From the sequence record PP496438.1: a stretch of 64,000 nt of DNA; one strand, 5' to 3'. The notes beneath the pieces were generated by a model. That model saw only the letters and a program-made list of their open reading frames with translations, was not told the DNA's origin and made no database searches. This document shows, one piece after another, positions 24,128-33,900 of this stretch; position 1 is the first letter of the stretch; each line of letters starts with the position of its first letter. Made by a program: the position numbers and the translations under genes.

Positions 24128-24748
24128 TTAGTAGGTATAACGGGGAGCTGCTGGAGTCTCAGGAACGACCAGTTGGTGCGTAGGGAAGAGTGAACCGATC
24201 ACGATGCGGAAGTATTGGCTTTCGCCGCACTCCGGGATGTTGAACGACATGAAGAACTTGCCGTCGTCCTTATCGTTGCCGCTTTCCAGCCCCATATCCT
24301 CCCAGCGCAGGATCTTCTGAGCTTCCAGATACTTGGTATCAGCGATCTCGACGATGGTGACTTCGCGCAGCATGGTCATAAGGCTGGCGCTACCCCGCAG
24401 TGCCTTGAGTGGCAAGCGGTAGTACTCGTAGCACAGATCGTTGAGCACCTTGAGGAACGTCACGTCGCTTACCTTGGGCAGCTTGGTGAAGTCCACCGTG
24501 TGAGAGTAACCTTGTGAACCGAGCTTGCCGCTGACGTTGCGAGACATAACAATCTCCCGTTGTGACATTCCCTTGTGGATTTTAGCCAAGGCTTCCCGAA
24601 CGTCGTCCTGCGCATCACGGGCGGCTTGCTGCGCCTCGGTCAGCGGCTTGTGATGATGGCCGCGACGAGAGCTGGCGTGCTGGAAGGCGTCGTTGTTGGA
24701 CGCGTTGTGCTGAGTGCGGTATGCCGGGGTAGGTGCTGGAATAGTCAT
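24128..24748 (-). CDS. Hypothetical protein
   Basis: Probable start ATG24748 (AGGA upstream) within track ORF 24128..24790. Confidence 0.6.
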   Translation of the reverse strand: MTIPAPTPAYRTQHNASNNDAFQHASSRRGHHHKPLTEAQQAARDAQDDVREALAKIHKGMSQREIVMSRNVSGKLGSQGYSHTVDFTKLPKVSDVTFLKVLNDLCYEYYRLPLKALRGSASLMTMLREVTIVEIADTKYLEAQKILRWEDMGLESGNDKDDGKFFMSFNIPECGESQYFRIVIGSLFPTHQLVVPETPAAPRYTY

Positions 24749-24758
24749 GGTCTTGTTC

Positions 24759-25859
24759 CTATAGGTTGCGGACTTTAATGAGGTTGCCACTGGATGCGGC
24801 GATTAACATGGTCTTGGTTAGCCCTCGCTTGCTGAAGCACAAATCGTCTTCGGCCAGCGGGCAGCTGAAATAATCATTCTTCATGATCTCGTCGTGATCC
24901 GCCTTGCAGTGGCAGGGACGCAACTTTTCGATCTTGTCGAATGTGGTCAACAATGCTGATTTACTGCGAACTTTCAACAAGTCCCTCCAGAGCTCCCATC
25001 CCAGCTCATATTCTGCCATGAGTTTTCGCAGTTGGCGCTTCTCTTTATCTGGCAGGATATCACCCACAATAACGCGGCGATGGAAGTTGTCTCGGGTGAT
25101 GTAGATCAGCATCCAGCCTTCAATGACGATGTTGTGCATCATTTCAAGCAGCACAATGTACGACTTGATCTGGGGCACGTTGGCTTTGGCTGGGAACACG
25201 CCACCTTCTTTCTGGTGCTTCATCACCTTGTAGCTGGACGTGGTCTTGTAGTCGATAACGTAGTACTTGCCGTCAAGCCAGAGCAGTCCGTCGGTGTGAC
25301 CCGTGATGTTCTTGCCATACCGAACTGCCAGCTCTTCATAGCGGAAGAACTTGTGCCCACACTTGACGCACTTGCCGGGATGGGGCGAGAACTCGTGGTT
25401 GTGTTTACACTTCTTGCAGTAGTAGTCGCCGACGATGGCCCGCTTGAGGCCCTTCATAAATTTCTGGCGACTCAGCTTCTTCTTCGTGGCTGTATCAAGG
25501 ACCTTGGCGTTACGGCGTGCCGTGTCTCCCATGGCGAATGGGGTCAGGCTGACAGCGTGCTGGAACGTCTCGTGCACCGCCGTACCAATGGACGTATAGA
25601 AGCCGCCACCGACAACTTCTTCCTCACGTTCCATAACCAGACCGCTTTCCAGCGTGGCGATGGCATGGTAGATCGGGCAGAACGGGAACGAACTAGGATG
25701 AAGATCCATCACCCGTGTTTCAGACATGTGGCGAACGTCCGTGACTTTGCACGCCTCCGCCATAATGCGTTCCATTTCTTTGAGCGCGTCGGCCATCGGA
25801 CCAGATGCTACCTGATGCCGACTCACTAACCCGATGTTTGCTTTTCCGAAACCTTTCAT
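24759..25859 (-). CDS. Cas4/RecB-like PD-(D/E)xK exonuclease with zinc-ribbon insert
   Basis: HPSSFPFCP, GTAVH, GHTDGLL..VIDYKT, QIKSY, C-terminal Cys cluster; insert CKKC..CVKC. Confidence 0.8.
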   Translation of the reverse strand: MKGFGKANIGLVSRHQVASGPMADALKEMERIMAEACKVTDVRHMSETRVMDLHPSSFPFCPIYHAIATLESGLVMEREEEVVGGGFYTSIGTAVHETFQHAVSLTPFAMGDTARRNAKVLDTATKKKLSRQKFMKGLKRAIVGDYYCKKCKHNHEFSPHPGKCVKCGHKFFRYEELAVRYGKNITGHTDGLLWLDGKYYVIDYKTTSSYKVMKHQKEGGVFPAKANVPQIKSYIVLLEMMHNIVIEGWMLIYITRDNFHRRVIVGDILPDKEKRQLRKLMAEYELGWELWRDLLKVRSKSALLTTFDKIEKLRPCHCKADHDEIMKNDYFSCPLAEDDLCFSKRGLTKTMLIAASSGNLIKVRNL

Positions 25860-26107
25860 ACTTCAACCCACCGGGCTAACTTGAACCGTTGAGACTTACT
25901 CATGGTTAGCAGTAGGTGGCCGAGTGCTTCGCCTTCCTGATCCCCTACCTGCCTAGCATTGTTGATGCACCAGTTCACGTGACCGTCGGCCATGTTGAAA
26001 TCTTCCAGTACGATATGCAGGCTACCCCATGTAGGGTTCTTCTTGTAGTAGCGAAGAAAGCGCTCCAGTACATCAGGTGGCACTGGCTTATTCTTTGGTG
26101 CAGTCAT
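25856..26107 (-). CDS. Small hypothetical phage protein (GSLHIVLED motif)
   Basis: 83-aa ORF overlapping the nuclease start. Confidence 0.6.
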   Translation of the reverse strand: MTAPKNKPVPPDVLERFLRYYKKNPTWGSLHIVLEDFNMADGHVNWCINNARQVGDQEGEALGHLLLTMSKSQRFKLARWVEV

Positions 26108-26170
26108 ATATAAGCCTTTTGAGTCATGTAAATGTTCAATAATTATGGGCTATTTACCGAGGTAATGGCA

Positions 26171-27289
26171 ATGGCCAGCCAAGTCAAGCAAGATTATGCA
26201 GCGATCAGTGCGGCGCACCGTACGATCCTGCGGGAGATCGAAAGAATCCCCGGTCGCAAGAAGCATAAGCCGACCAATATCGAGATTCAATGCCCGTTCC
26301 ACCCCGGAGACAATACGCCGTCATGCGGCATTTATATAGGCACGGGTGGCACGCTGCCCCTAGGGTGGTTCTACTGTTTGGGTTGCGGTGCCAAAGGTCC
26401 GTGGAACAAGCTGGCCGAGAAGTTGAAGCTGCAAACCATTGCAAGGTCTGATACCAAACGGGACAGTGCCTCCGTATCCAGTACGGAAATGGATCGGGCC
26501 AGATTGAAGTGTATGGGCGCTGACAAGACCGGGGTGGATCAGTATGCCAGTGTGATGCGTCTGGGAATGCCTAAGCCGTTCGACAGGCCCCAGTGGAGGG
26601 GTATCAGTGGCGCCTTGATGAGGGACTTGGGTGCACAGATAGCGGTGGATACGACCAGCAAACGACTGCGGGAGGTGTTGCTGCTACCACTGACTCTATA
26701 TGGGGAATTGGTTACTGTCATCAAGGCAGCGATGTACAAAGTGAAGGGTGACCTGAGCTATGTCGTGTATGACGAAGCAGATACCAAGACGAAAGGGTTG
26801 TTCGGCTTCGACCTAGTGGTGGATATGCTGAACAAAGGAAAGTATCAGTGGGTGGTGCTCGTTGAAGGCCAGCGTGATGCGTTGCGCCTGATCCAGTACG
26901 GCATCCCGGCTATCGCCATCCTTGGCACCCAGAGTTGGACAGCGGAGAAGCGTGACCTGCTGGTGGGCTTGGGTACAGGGGTGGCCGTGATGATGGATGG
27001 TGACCCGGCAGGTGTGGCAGCGGCTAGGAAGATCATGCCGGACTTGCGCCGTCTAACAGAAGTCCGGGAAATTGATCTGATGCCGTTGACCGAGGAATTC
27101 GGACAGAAGGTGGACCCCGGCAACATGCCCATCTGGAAAATCAAGGAGCTGCAGGCGCTAAATGTCAGCAGCCGTAAACTTCGGGGGCGCAGAGTTCCCC
27201 GGTACAGTCGCAGGCAGGAACGTGTCGATAAGCAAACACGTCAAGGCCAAGTTAATCGATATCAAGTTGAACTGGAGCAGTCAGAATGA
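26171..27289 (+). CDS. dnaG: DnaG-type DNA primase (CHC2 zinc finger + TOPRIM)
   Basis: CPFH...YCLGC zinc finger; LVEGQRD and MMDGDPAG TOPRIM motifs; probable start ATG26171 (SD GAGGT); track starts at 26132. Confidence 0.85.
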   Translation: MASQVKQDYAAISAAHRTILREIERIPGRKKHKPTNIEIQCPFHPGDNTPSCGIYIGTGGTLPLGWFYCLGCGAKGPWNKLAEKLKLQTIARSDTKRDSASVSSTEMDRARLKCMGADKTGVDQYASVMRLGMPKPFDRPQWRGISGALMRDLGAQIAVDTTSKRLREVLLLPLTLYGELVTVIKAAMYKVKGDLSYVVYDEADTKTKGLFGFDLVVDMLNKGKYQWVVLVEGQRDALRLIQYGIPAIAILGTQSWTAEKRDLLVGLGTGVAVMMDGDPAGVAAARKIMPDLRRLTEVREIDLMPLTEEFGQKVDPGNMPIWKIKELQALNVSSRKLRGRRVPRYSRRQERVDKQTRQGQVNRYQVELEQSE

Positions 27290-28146
27290 AACGTAGTTCA
27301 TGGAGTGCCATCTTTCGCTACACGTGGGCGGACATGTTCAAGGGCATGGGGCCAGATTGGGCTCGTACGTGGAAAGACATACACGGGAGTATATACGGAC
27401 CCAATACGCCACTTACGTGGGTTCTTAAATCGATCATCACCGTGATGATCATCTTAGTGTCCATGGTGGTGTTCGTTATCCCCTTGATGATCACCGTATT
27501 CTTTGGTAACCTTTGGGAGAACTACAGACGGTTCCGGACTCCAGACATGCACTATGCTGCCGGTCGCCGTACGAGAAGAAAGCTTGATCTCCTCCTTCGT
27601 GCATATAACGTCGTAGATGTAGATAGGCAGAAAGGAACTCGGCCAATGATACGAGACGTATCCTTCGATCCGTTCTGGGGTGATTTCGTTCGACGGTGGA
27701 TCTCCGTATCTTCCGATAAACCTGTGAATTACGACCATATCCCCAAACCGGATACGTCCGGGGTCATTCCAGCCGTGCACCCGCTTGTGCGTAACGCTGC
27801 AGGCGGGGTTTCCGACATTCCAGCGCCCCAACGTACCCCGCCCCGCGTATCGAAGCGCCTGCGACATCCTACGCGGTCGCATAAACCCGGACTGGATGCA
27901 CTGGCCGACTTCAATTCAAGGTACCGTGGGCCAGCGCACATCCAGATTCCAGCGGGTATGAACATACGAATGGGCGAGGCAGTGGTTATCAAGGAGAGCG
28001 TAGCGTTGGCTTTCGATCACGCAGACCGGACTCGCTACTATATCGGAGGTGGCCGTTGGACATACGACTATGAAGAGTCCATCCGGTTCAAGCTGTTCTT
28101 TCAAGAGCTGGTGAAAGAGTTAGTTGACGTAATCGTCGAGCAGTAA
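27286..28146 (+). CDS. Hypothetical protein with an N-terminal hydrophobic (TM) segment
   Basis: IITVMIILVSMVVFVIPLMITVFF; ATGA overlap with the primase stop. Confidence 0.6.
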   Translation: MKRSSWSAIFRYTWADMFKGMGPDWARTWKDIHGSIYGPNTPLTWVLKSIITVMIILVSMVVFVIPLMITVFFGNLWENYRRFRTPDMHYAAGRRTRRKLDLLLRAYNVVDVDRQKGTRPMIRDVSFDPFWGDFVRRWISVSSDKPVNYDHIPKPDTSGVIPAVHPLVRNAAGGVSDIPAPQRTPPRVSKRLRHPTRSHKPGLDALADFNSRYRGPAHIQIPAGMNIRMGEAVVIKESVALAFDHADRTRYYIGGGRWTYDYEESIRFKLFFQELVKELVDVIVEQ

Positions 28147-28210
28147 GAAATAAAAACCCCCAAGCATTCTCGGACACAGCGCCGGTGGCTTGGGGGTTTT
28201 TATTTCTTAC
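28143..28210. terminator. Bidirectional terminator; 23-bp perfect inverted repeat including both convergent stop codons
   Basis: GTAAGAAATAAAAACCCCCAAGC-22 nt-GCTTGGGGGTTTTTATTTCTTAC. Confidence 0.8.
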
Positions 28211-28653
28211 TTGACAGCTCCGCCGACAATTGCGGCAGCAGGGCTGTACTTCGCCATCGGGTCTTCCGGCAAGGGAACGTCTTTGCACTGGTCCTCCTTG
28301 AGGTCACGCCGGTAGTAGCACAGGAGTACCTTGTCCGACTTGATGTACCCCATGATCGATTGCAGATTGACACCCATGCTCAGGTAGTCCTGCCATGACA
28401 GTGCCACGAACGTGGTCTTTCCATCAGCGACTTGCTTCTCGAACTCATCGATGTTCTTGTCGCTGACCACTTTCCACGTGACCGTCTTAAGGCTTAGCGG
28501 CTGCTGCCTTGGTGGATGGAACTGCGGGATTACTCCCGCATCTTCCGCCGGTTGCACATTGGAGGTCGTTGAGCACGCTGTTAGAAGCATTGTTAATACG
28601 ACGCTCAACAAGGGTAGGCTTCTTACGTACGACTTCTTCAGTCTTTTTATCAC
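28207..28653 (-). CDS. Outer-membrane spanin (o-spanin, Rz1-like lipoprotein)
   Basis: Lipobox LLTAC after a basic/hydrophobic signal; overlaps the 3' end of the i-spanin; located in the lysis cassette. Confidence 0.75.
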   Translation of the reverse strand: MIKRLKKSYVRSLPLLSVVLTMLLTACSTTSNVQPAEDAGVIPQFHPPRQQPLSLKTVTWKVVSDKNIDEFEKQVADGKTTFVALSWQDYLSMGVNLQSIMGYIKSDKVLLCYYRRDLKEDQCKDVPLPEDPMAKYSPAAAIVGGAVK

Positions 28654-28990
28654 GGTGACTCTCCAATTTATCGGTAGCGGTTTCTTTCTCGCTGCGGATG
28701 ATGTTCAACTGTTCGTTGACCGCGTTGGCGAAGAGTTGGGTAGATGTGGCGGAAGTCTGTAGCCGGGAGATCTGGAACGCGGCTTGACCCAGTTGCAGGT
28801 CACGTTGCGCGATAGTTCCCGCCTGCTTTTGGTTTTCTTCCTGAAGATGATACACCACTAGAATGCTGGCACCCAGTAGCGTTGCCAGAACAAGCGTAAC
28901 CCCGATCATCACCTTGCCCAGCATTGAACCGATAAGGCTCTTGCTGCCGGTAACCACCGCTTCCTCCACGGTATCGATCACGTTACTCAT
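28487..28990 (-). CDS. Inner-membrane spanin (i-spanin, Rz-like)
   Basis: N-terminal TM helix followed by coiled coil; KPTLVERRINNA resembles T4-type spanins. Confidence 0.7.
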   Translation of the reverse strand: MSNVIDTVEEAVVTGSKSLIGSMLGKVMIGVTLVLATLLGASILVVYHLQEENQKQAGTIAQRDLQLGQAAFQISRLQTSATSTQLFANAVNEQLNIIRSEKETATDKLESHRDKKTEEVVRKKPTLVERRINNASNSVLNDLQCATGGRCGSNPAVPSTKAAAAKP

Positions 28991-29303
28991 TGGTAGGATC
29001 TCTAGTTATGATTACAGATGGGGGAGGGCCATTGTCGAACTTCCCGTTAGGTCCGGTTTCCACGTAGAACTTGAAATAGGCCGCAGCAGAGCCGACGGTG
29101 GCAGCTAAGATTGCAGCAGCCCCCAGCCCATCCATGGACGACGCCTTCATCCAGTTGATAACATCAAATGACAGCTTCATCCAGAAGAACAGCAGCAGGA
29201 TGGGGAAGATCCGCCATGCGACCATGATGTATTGCACGTGGTCCACGAAAGACCTGAACCACGGATTTAGTTGTTGCGGATCAGGTTTCTGTGACGAAGC
29301 CAT
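28983..29303 (-). CDS. Putative holin (2 TM)
   Basis: 106 aa, two hydrophobic helices, between the amidase-like gene and the spanins. Confidence 0.55.
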   Translation of the reverse strand: MASSQKPDPQQLNPWFRSFVDHVQYIMVAWRIFPILLLFFWMKLSFDVINWMKASSMDGLGAAAILAATVGSAAAYFKFYVETGPNGKFDNGPPPSVIITRDPTNE

Positions 29304-29775
29304 ACGGCACCCCTTGTAGTGACTGCACTAGATCTTGTACGTCGAAGCATGGACTCTCCGTCGGCGGCTGTCCTTCCACCTGGGGATGTTCCTTGGCCCC
29401 GCGTATCTCCGTGAGGGGAATCCTGTACTTGCTGACCAAACTGTCCAGCAGATAACACAGCGACTCTTTCTGCACCGGCGTGAAGTTGTCCACCCACTCG
29501 CCTTTATTGTTCAAGCCCCCGATCAAGCAGATACCCAAGTTGCCCTGAGCCTTGTTCGGGGTGTGCATGCCGATCGACCTGTCGTCCCGACCATTGATCA
29601 CGTTCCCGTTTGGAAGAATCAGGTAGTGGAAGTCAATGAACAGTCCGGTGTGTGAACACTTGCGCTTCGGGTCTGACTGGCAGGACTTCATAGTCTGGGA
29701 GTTCAGGAATTCAAGCCATGAGAACCCCGTCATCTTTTCAGTCCCGGAGCAATGGATTGTTACCTCTGAGATCAT
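29281..29775 (-). CDS. T7-lysozyme/Amidase_2-fold protein, apparently catalytically degenerate
   Basis: IHCS, HYLILPNG..GR, GMH, LGICLIGG, DNFTPVQKESL and PCFDV align with T7 gp3.5; positions equivalent to Y46, H122, K128 and C130 are F, A, T and S. Confidence 0.75.
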   Translation of the reverse strand: MISEVTIHCSGTEKMTGFSWLEFLNSQTMKSCQSDPKRKCSHTGLFIDFHYLILPNGNVINGRDDRSIGMHTPNKAQGNLGICLIGGLNNKGEWVDNFTPVQKESLCYLLDSLVSKYRIPLTEIRGAKEHPQVEGQPPTESPCFDVQDLVQSLQGVPYGFVTET

Positions 29776-30242
29776 TATAACTCCCCTTGCAGCAATTGGC
29801 GGGTGTTGCCAGTTTTCCCGATCAAGCCAAGGTTCTTGGTGAAGAAGTCGAACAGGACTTTGCCCGTGACCGCGTGGTTCTTAGGCATAACTTCCACCCC
29901 GTTCTCGCGAAGGCACTCGGAGATGAGTTCGAAGCAGTACCACCTGTCCTTGGAGTGAATGTGCAGGAACCACAAGGCGATCCCGAGGAAGTCGTACTTA
30001 CGGCCTCTGTTCCGTAGCAAGAATTCCTTGGCATCCATCTGTGGGAAGTCGAACACCATGATGGTGCGATCCATCTCATGCTCCGGGAACGTGTTGATGT
30101 CGAGGTGACCCCGAGCCATGTTCGAGTCCCAGACTTCGTCTCCCTGCACAATGGACGCATGCGAAACAGGATAGCCTGTGCCGATACTGACAGCCATCGA
30201 TGCGATATCGTAGACATAGGCTTGATGAAGAATAACGCGCAT
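29775..30242 (-). CDS. Permuted papain-like (NlpC/P60, YiiX/YaeF-type) amidase
   Basis: SHASI (His), GRKYDFLG, WYCFELI (Cys) in permuted order. Confidence 0.7.
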   Translation of the reverse strand: MRVILHQAYVYDIASMAVSIGTGYPVSHASIVQGDEVWDSNMARGHLDINTFPEHEMDRTIMVFDFPQMDAKEFLLRNRGRKYDFLGIALWFLHIHSKDRWYCFELISECLRENGVEVMPKNHAVTGKVLFDFFTKNLGLIGKTGNTRQLLQGEL

Positions 30243-30327
30243 GATCCTAACCTTCCCTTTTGAACTGACTTACTGGTACCTGTATGATGTTTCGGATTGG
30301 GATAGGCAATCCTTTGCCTGTTCTTGC

Positions 30328-30888
30328 TTACCAGATGATAACGTTCAACTGTTCCCGAGTTTCTGCCACTTTGATCTGGTTTTCCAGCTGATCCTTCTTG
30401 ACCAAGGTATCCAGTATAAAGGCTTTGGCATCTTGCCCCACCTTTTGAATCTGGTCCTTGTTGTGCATCCGGTACTGACTCACGTTGTCCGAATCGGTGC
30501 ACCAGAACGGAGTCTGCCAGTTGTCATCTTTACTCAACAGCGAATCCACGACGGATGCTGTAAGGTTGGCCTGATCCGTAACCTTGGACGGGTACGTGTA
30601 AGACTTACCCAGCGCCGTGCTGACAAAGCCACTGGTGATCGCCACGGCACACGCCTTGGCAATGATGTCCAGCTTGTTCTCTCGCAACGATTCCACGTCG
30701 ATCATCTCAACGGGGGTAAGAGGTGCTTCGAACTGACCAGAACGGTATGTCCATCCCACTTGAACAGGTGAATCATCGCGAAGGCGTTGAAGTGTTCGGT
30801 TTGCTTCAGGTTTCCAATCGGATATACCATCCCACATCGCAATAGATTCCACGACGCCCTTGTAGATTACTGCGTAGTTATCACTCAT
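30328..30888 (-). CDS. Tail fibre assembly chaperone (DUF4376-like)
   Basis: Directly downstream of the tail fibre; VGWTY..F..P, AITSGF, YPS..TDQANL, QL..I.W terminus. Confidence 0.75.
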   Translation of the reverse strand: MSDNYAVIYKGVVESIAMWDGISDWKPEANRTLQRLRDDSPVQVGWTYRSGQFEAPLTPVEMIDVESLRENKLDIIAKACAVAITSGFVSTALGKSYTYPSKVTDQANLTASVVDSLLSKDDNWQTPFWCTDSDNVSQYRMHNKDQIQKVGQDAKAFILDTLVKKDQLENQIKVAETREQLNVIIW

Positions 30889-30940
30889 TGTATCTCCTTA
30901 ACTGGGCCGAAGCCCAGTTATCTAACTTGGGTATTAAGGG

Positions 30941-33900
30941 TTACCACTGGAGGAAGATTACGCCTGATTTACCCGCGCTGCCGTTCCCGCCTTTTGCCGC
31001 GCTGACGTTGGTGTAGTTCTGGCGAGTATACGCACCGCCACCGCCACCGCCACCTGCACCGTAACCAATCGAGGCTGAACCGTTGCTACCCGGACCGTTG
31101 GCCTGACGACCACCACCACCGCCCGTACCCCAAGGAGTACCTGCACCGGCACCGCCCGCACCACCCAGATACAAGCCGGGGGCGTCTTGTCCGTCGGTAA
31201 CACCGGGGACAAGGCTGATACCGCCTGCACCGGAAGAAGTACCACCGTACGCCCCCCGTGTGCCGCCGCCCAAAGTAAGAAGTGTGGTAGATCCGAGTTT
31301 GAACGTGGTAGCACTACCGTTACCTCCCAGAGCACCTGCACCCGCCTCACTACCTACCACACCTTGGGCCAAAGCCGGGCCACCATTACCGCCTGCGCCA
31401 CCGCCACCGATGGTAATGGTATAGGTGCTTCCCGGTACTACCGTGATCGGAGTAAGAACTGCATACGTACCACAACCACCACCCGAACCCCCACCTGCGC
31501 CACTGTCTGAGGCGCCACCGCCACCCGCACCACCGCCACCGCCACCGCAACCCGAAAGGTAAACAGTGGTCACACCTGCTGGACACAACCAAGAGCCGCT
31601 AGCAGTAAACGTCTGAACGCCGGTGAATTGTCCGATCATGTCTTGCGGAGCAACAATCGAACCTCGGTCAACGATCCAGTAGGAGGTGCCACTTGTTGCC
31701 AGCTCCAATGTCTCCAGTGGTTGCATGGTGATCTGCTGCACCGAACCAGAGTCACTGATGGTTGCACCGGACGGAGCTACAATAGTCTGAACCGTGGAAG
31801 TCGGGTTGCGGAACACGAAGGTTGCACCCGGAAGCAACGTGGTAGGATCTGGGAGCGTTACTGTGATTCCACTACCCGCCAGGTTCAACCAGTAGCCGGA
31901 ATGCGAGACGTCCAACGTGATGCTGGCGGATACCCCGACACCGACACCTTTGAACTTACGCGACTGCGAGAAGTTCAAGTTCTGTGCATAGGCCGTGTTA
32001 GCCAGACGAGTGCTGTTGTCCGTGGTAGGTGGTGTAGGTGCGGTCGGAGTTCCGATTAATGAAGGCGAGTCAGTGGCTACCGCCTCGTTCCACGCAGTCC
32101 AGTTTCCACCTGCCTGACTCCGCCAGAACATCCTGTTGTTGGAGTTAAGAGCAGTAGCAATCTGTAGGCAACCCCCACCGTTGTAGGGGACCACGATGAC
32201 TGAGAAGTTAGACGAGATCGGAATGTTGGCCGTGGTAGACTGAGCGCGGTACAAGCCACCCAATACAGCCTGGTTCATGTCGTTGCCGGTGACGATGTTG
32301 CTGACCAGCGTGCCCAGGCCCCATGATGCCAACTGGTTCTGAACGAACGCGGTGTTGGCGATGGTCAGGTCGGTATCACCCAGCGCAGCTGTAGGGGCCT
32401 GCGGGTCACCAGTGAATACCGGAGAGTTAGTACTCGCCAGTTCTGCCCATGCGAACCATGCACCATCATGCTTGACTCGCGTGAAGGTACGGTTACGGCC
32501 CGATGGGAAGATTGAGTTGGCGTACTGCGTGACCCGGAACGCCCCAGGCACACCAATGGTGATCAGGGTGAAGGCTACTGCTGTCGTACCCGCAACACCC
32601 AAGAGTGGACGGTTGTAGGTGGTCGAGTTGGTTTCCGTACCTTCGGCCTTAACGAAGGAGTTCAACGGGGCGTCGTTGAAGTTCAGAGTGTCGCCGCTGA
32701 TCGCGGAACCACCCAACCCAGATGCACCCATCAAACCTTGCACGAAAGCGGTGTTGGCAATACTCAGGTCGTTGTCTGCCAACGATGCTGTAGGAGCCTT
32801 TGGATCGCCAGTGAACGTCGGCGAATCCAGGCTTGCAATTTCACGCCATTGCGACCATTGAGTAACGCTGTTTACCTGCCCGTTGGACACCCGCTGGAAC
32901 ATGCGGTTGTTAGCCTGCGGCATGAAAATCTGCTGGGTGTAATACAGAGCGTTAGTGGCAACAATCACAACGCCGGACAGATAGTTCACGCCGTTGATCG
33001 TGATAGTCGAACTAACCTGATACGTACCACCCTCGGTTAGCGTACCAACGTCGGCAACAGTATCGTCCATGTCTGACGTACCAATACCGTACCGCGCCAA
33101 GACATTTCGGACGAAGTTCGTGGTAGCAACCGAGGTATCGTTATCCGTGGTTACCGGCGTCGGAGCCTTAGGATCCCCAGTGAAGACCGGGGAGTCCAGC
33201 GCTGCGAACTCTTTCCACCCACCCCACGAATTCGACGCACGAACACGCCAGAAGATGCGGGTAGGGTTCAACGGTGATGCCCAGATCTGCAACGCGGCGC
33301 TGCCATCCCCAAACGGGGTATGGATCATCAGGCCGTTAGACGCAATCGGAACACCGGTGGCAGTGGTAGAGGAGTTGTAGTAGAAACCACCTGCACCCAC
33401 GGCGTTAAGGTCTGTGACGTTCGCAGCATTCGGCGTACCGATACCGAACAGGGCCATTGCTGCTCTTACGAAAGCAGTGTTTGCCACCGAGGTATCTATG
33501 TCACCTGCCGCTGCCGTCGGGGCCTTGGGGTCGCCCGTGAACGTCGGCGAGTCAATCGTCGCCTTGGTAGCAATCAGGTTGTTCATCGTGGTTGCGAAGT
33601 TGGGATCGTCTCCCAGTGCCGCAGCCAGTTCGTTCAAGGTGTCCAATGCTCCCGGCGAAGAGTCGATCAGCGCAGCAATCGCCAGCTTCACGAAGGCCGT
33701 GGTAGCAACCGAGTTGTCATTATCTGTAAGCGGCGGAGTTGGTGCCTTGGGATCACCAGTGAACGTCGGACTGTTGATCGGTGCGTACGCCGTCAGGTCA
33801 ACTCGGGTACTGCTTACGAGTTGGAAGCTCGCCCCGTCGTAGAACACGTCATGCACCTTACCTACCGACAGCTCGCCGCCTGTGAGGGCATCCGTACCAT

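Noticed and set aside
24759-25859. Cas4-like gene as sign of a CRISPR-Cas locus
   Set aside because: No repeat-spacer array or other cas genes in the window; solo Cas4-like nucleases are common in phage replication modules.
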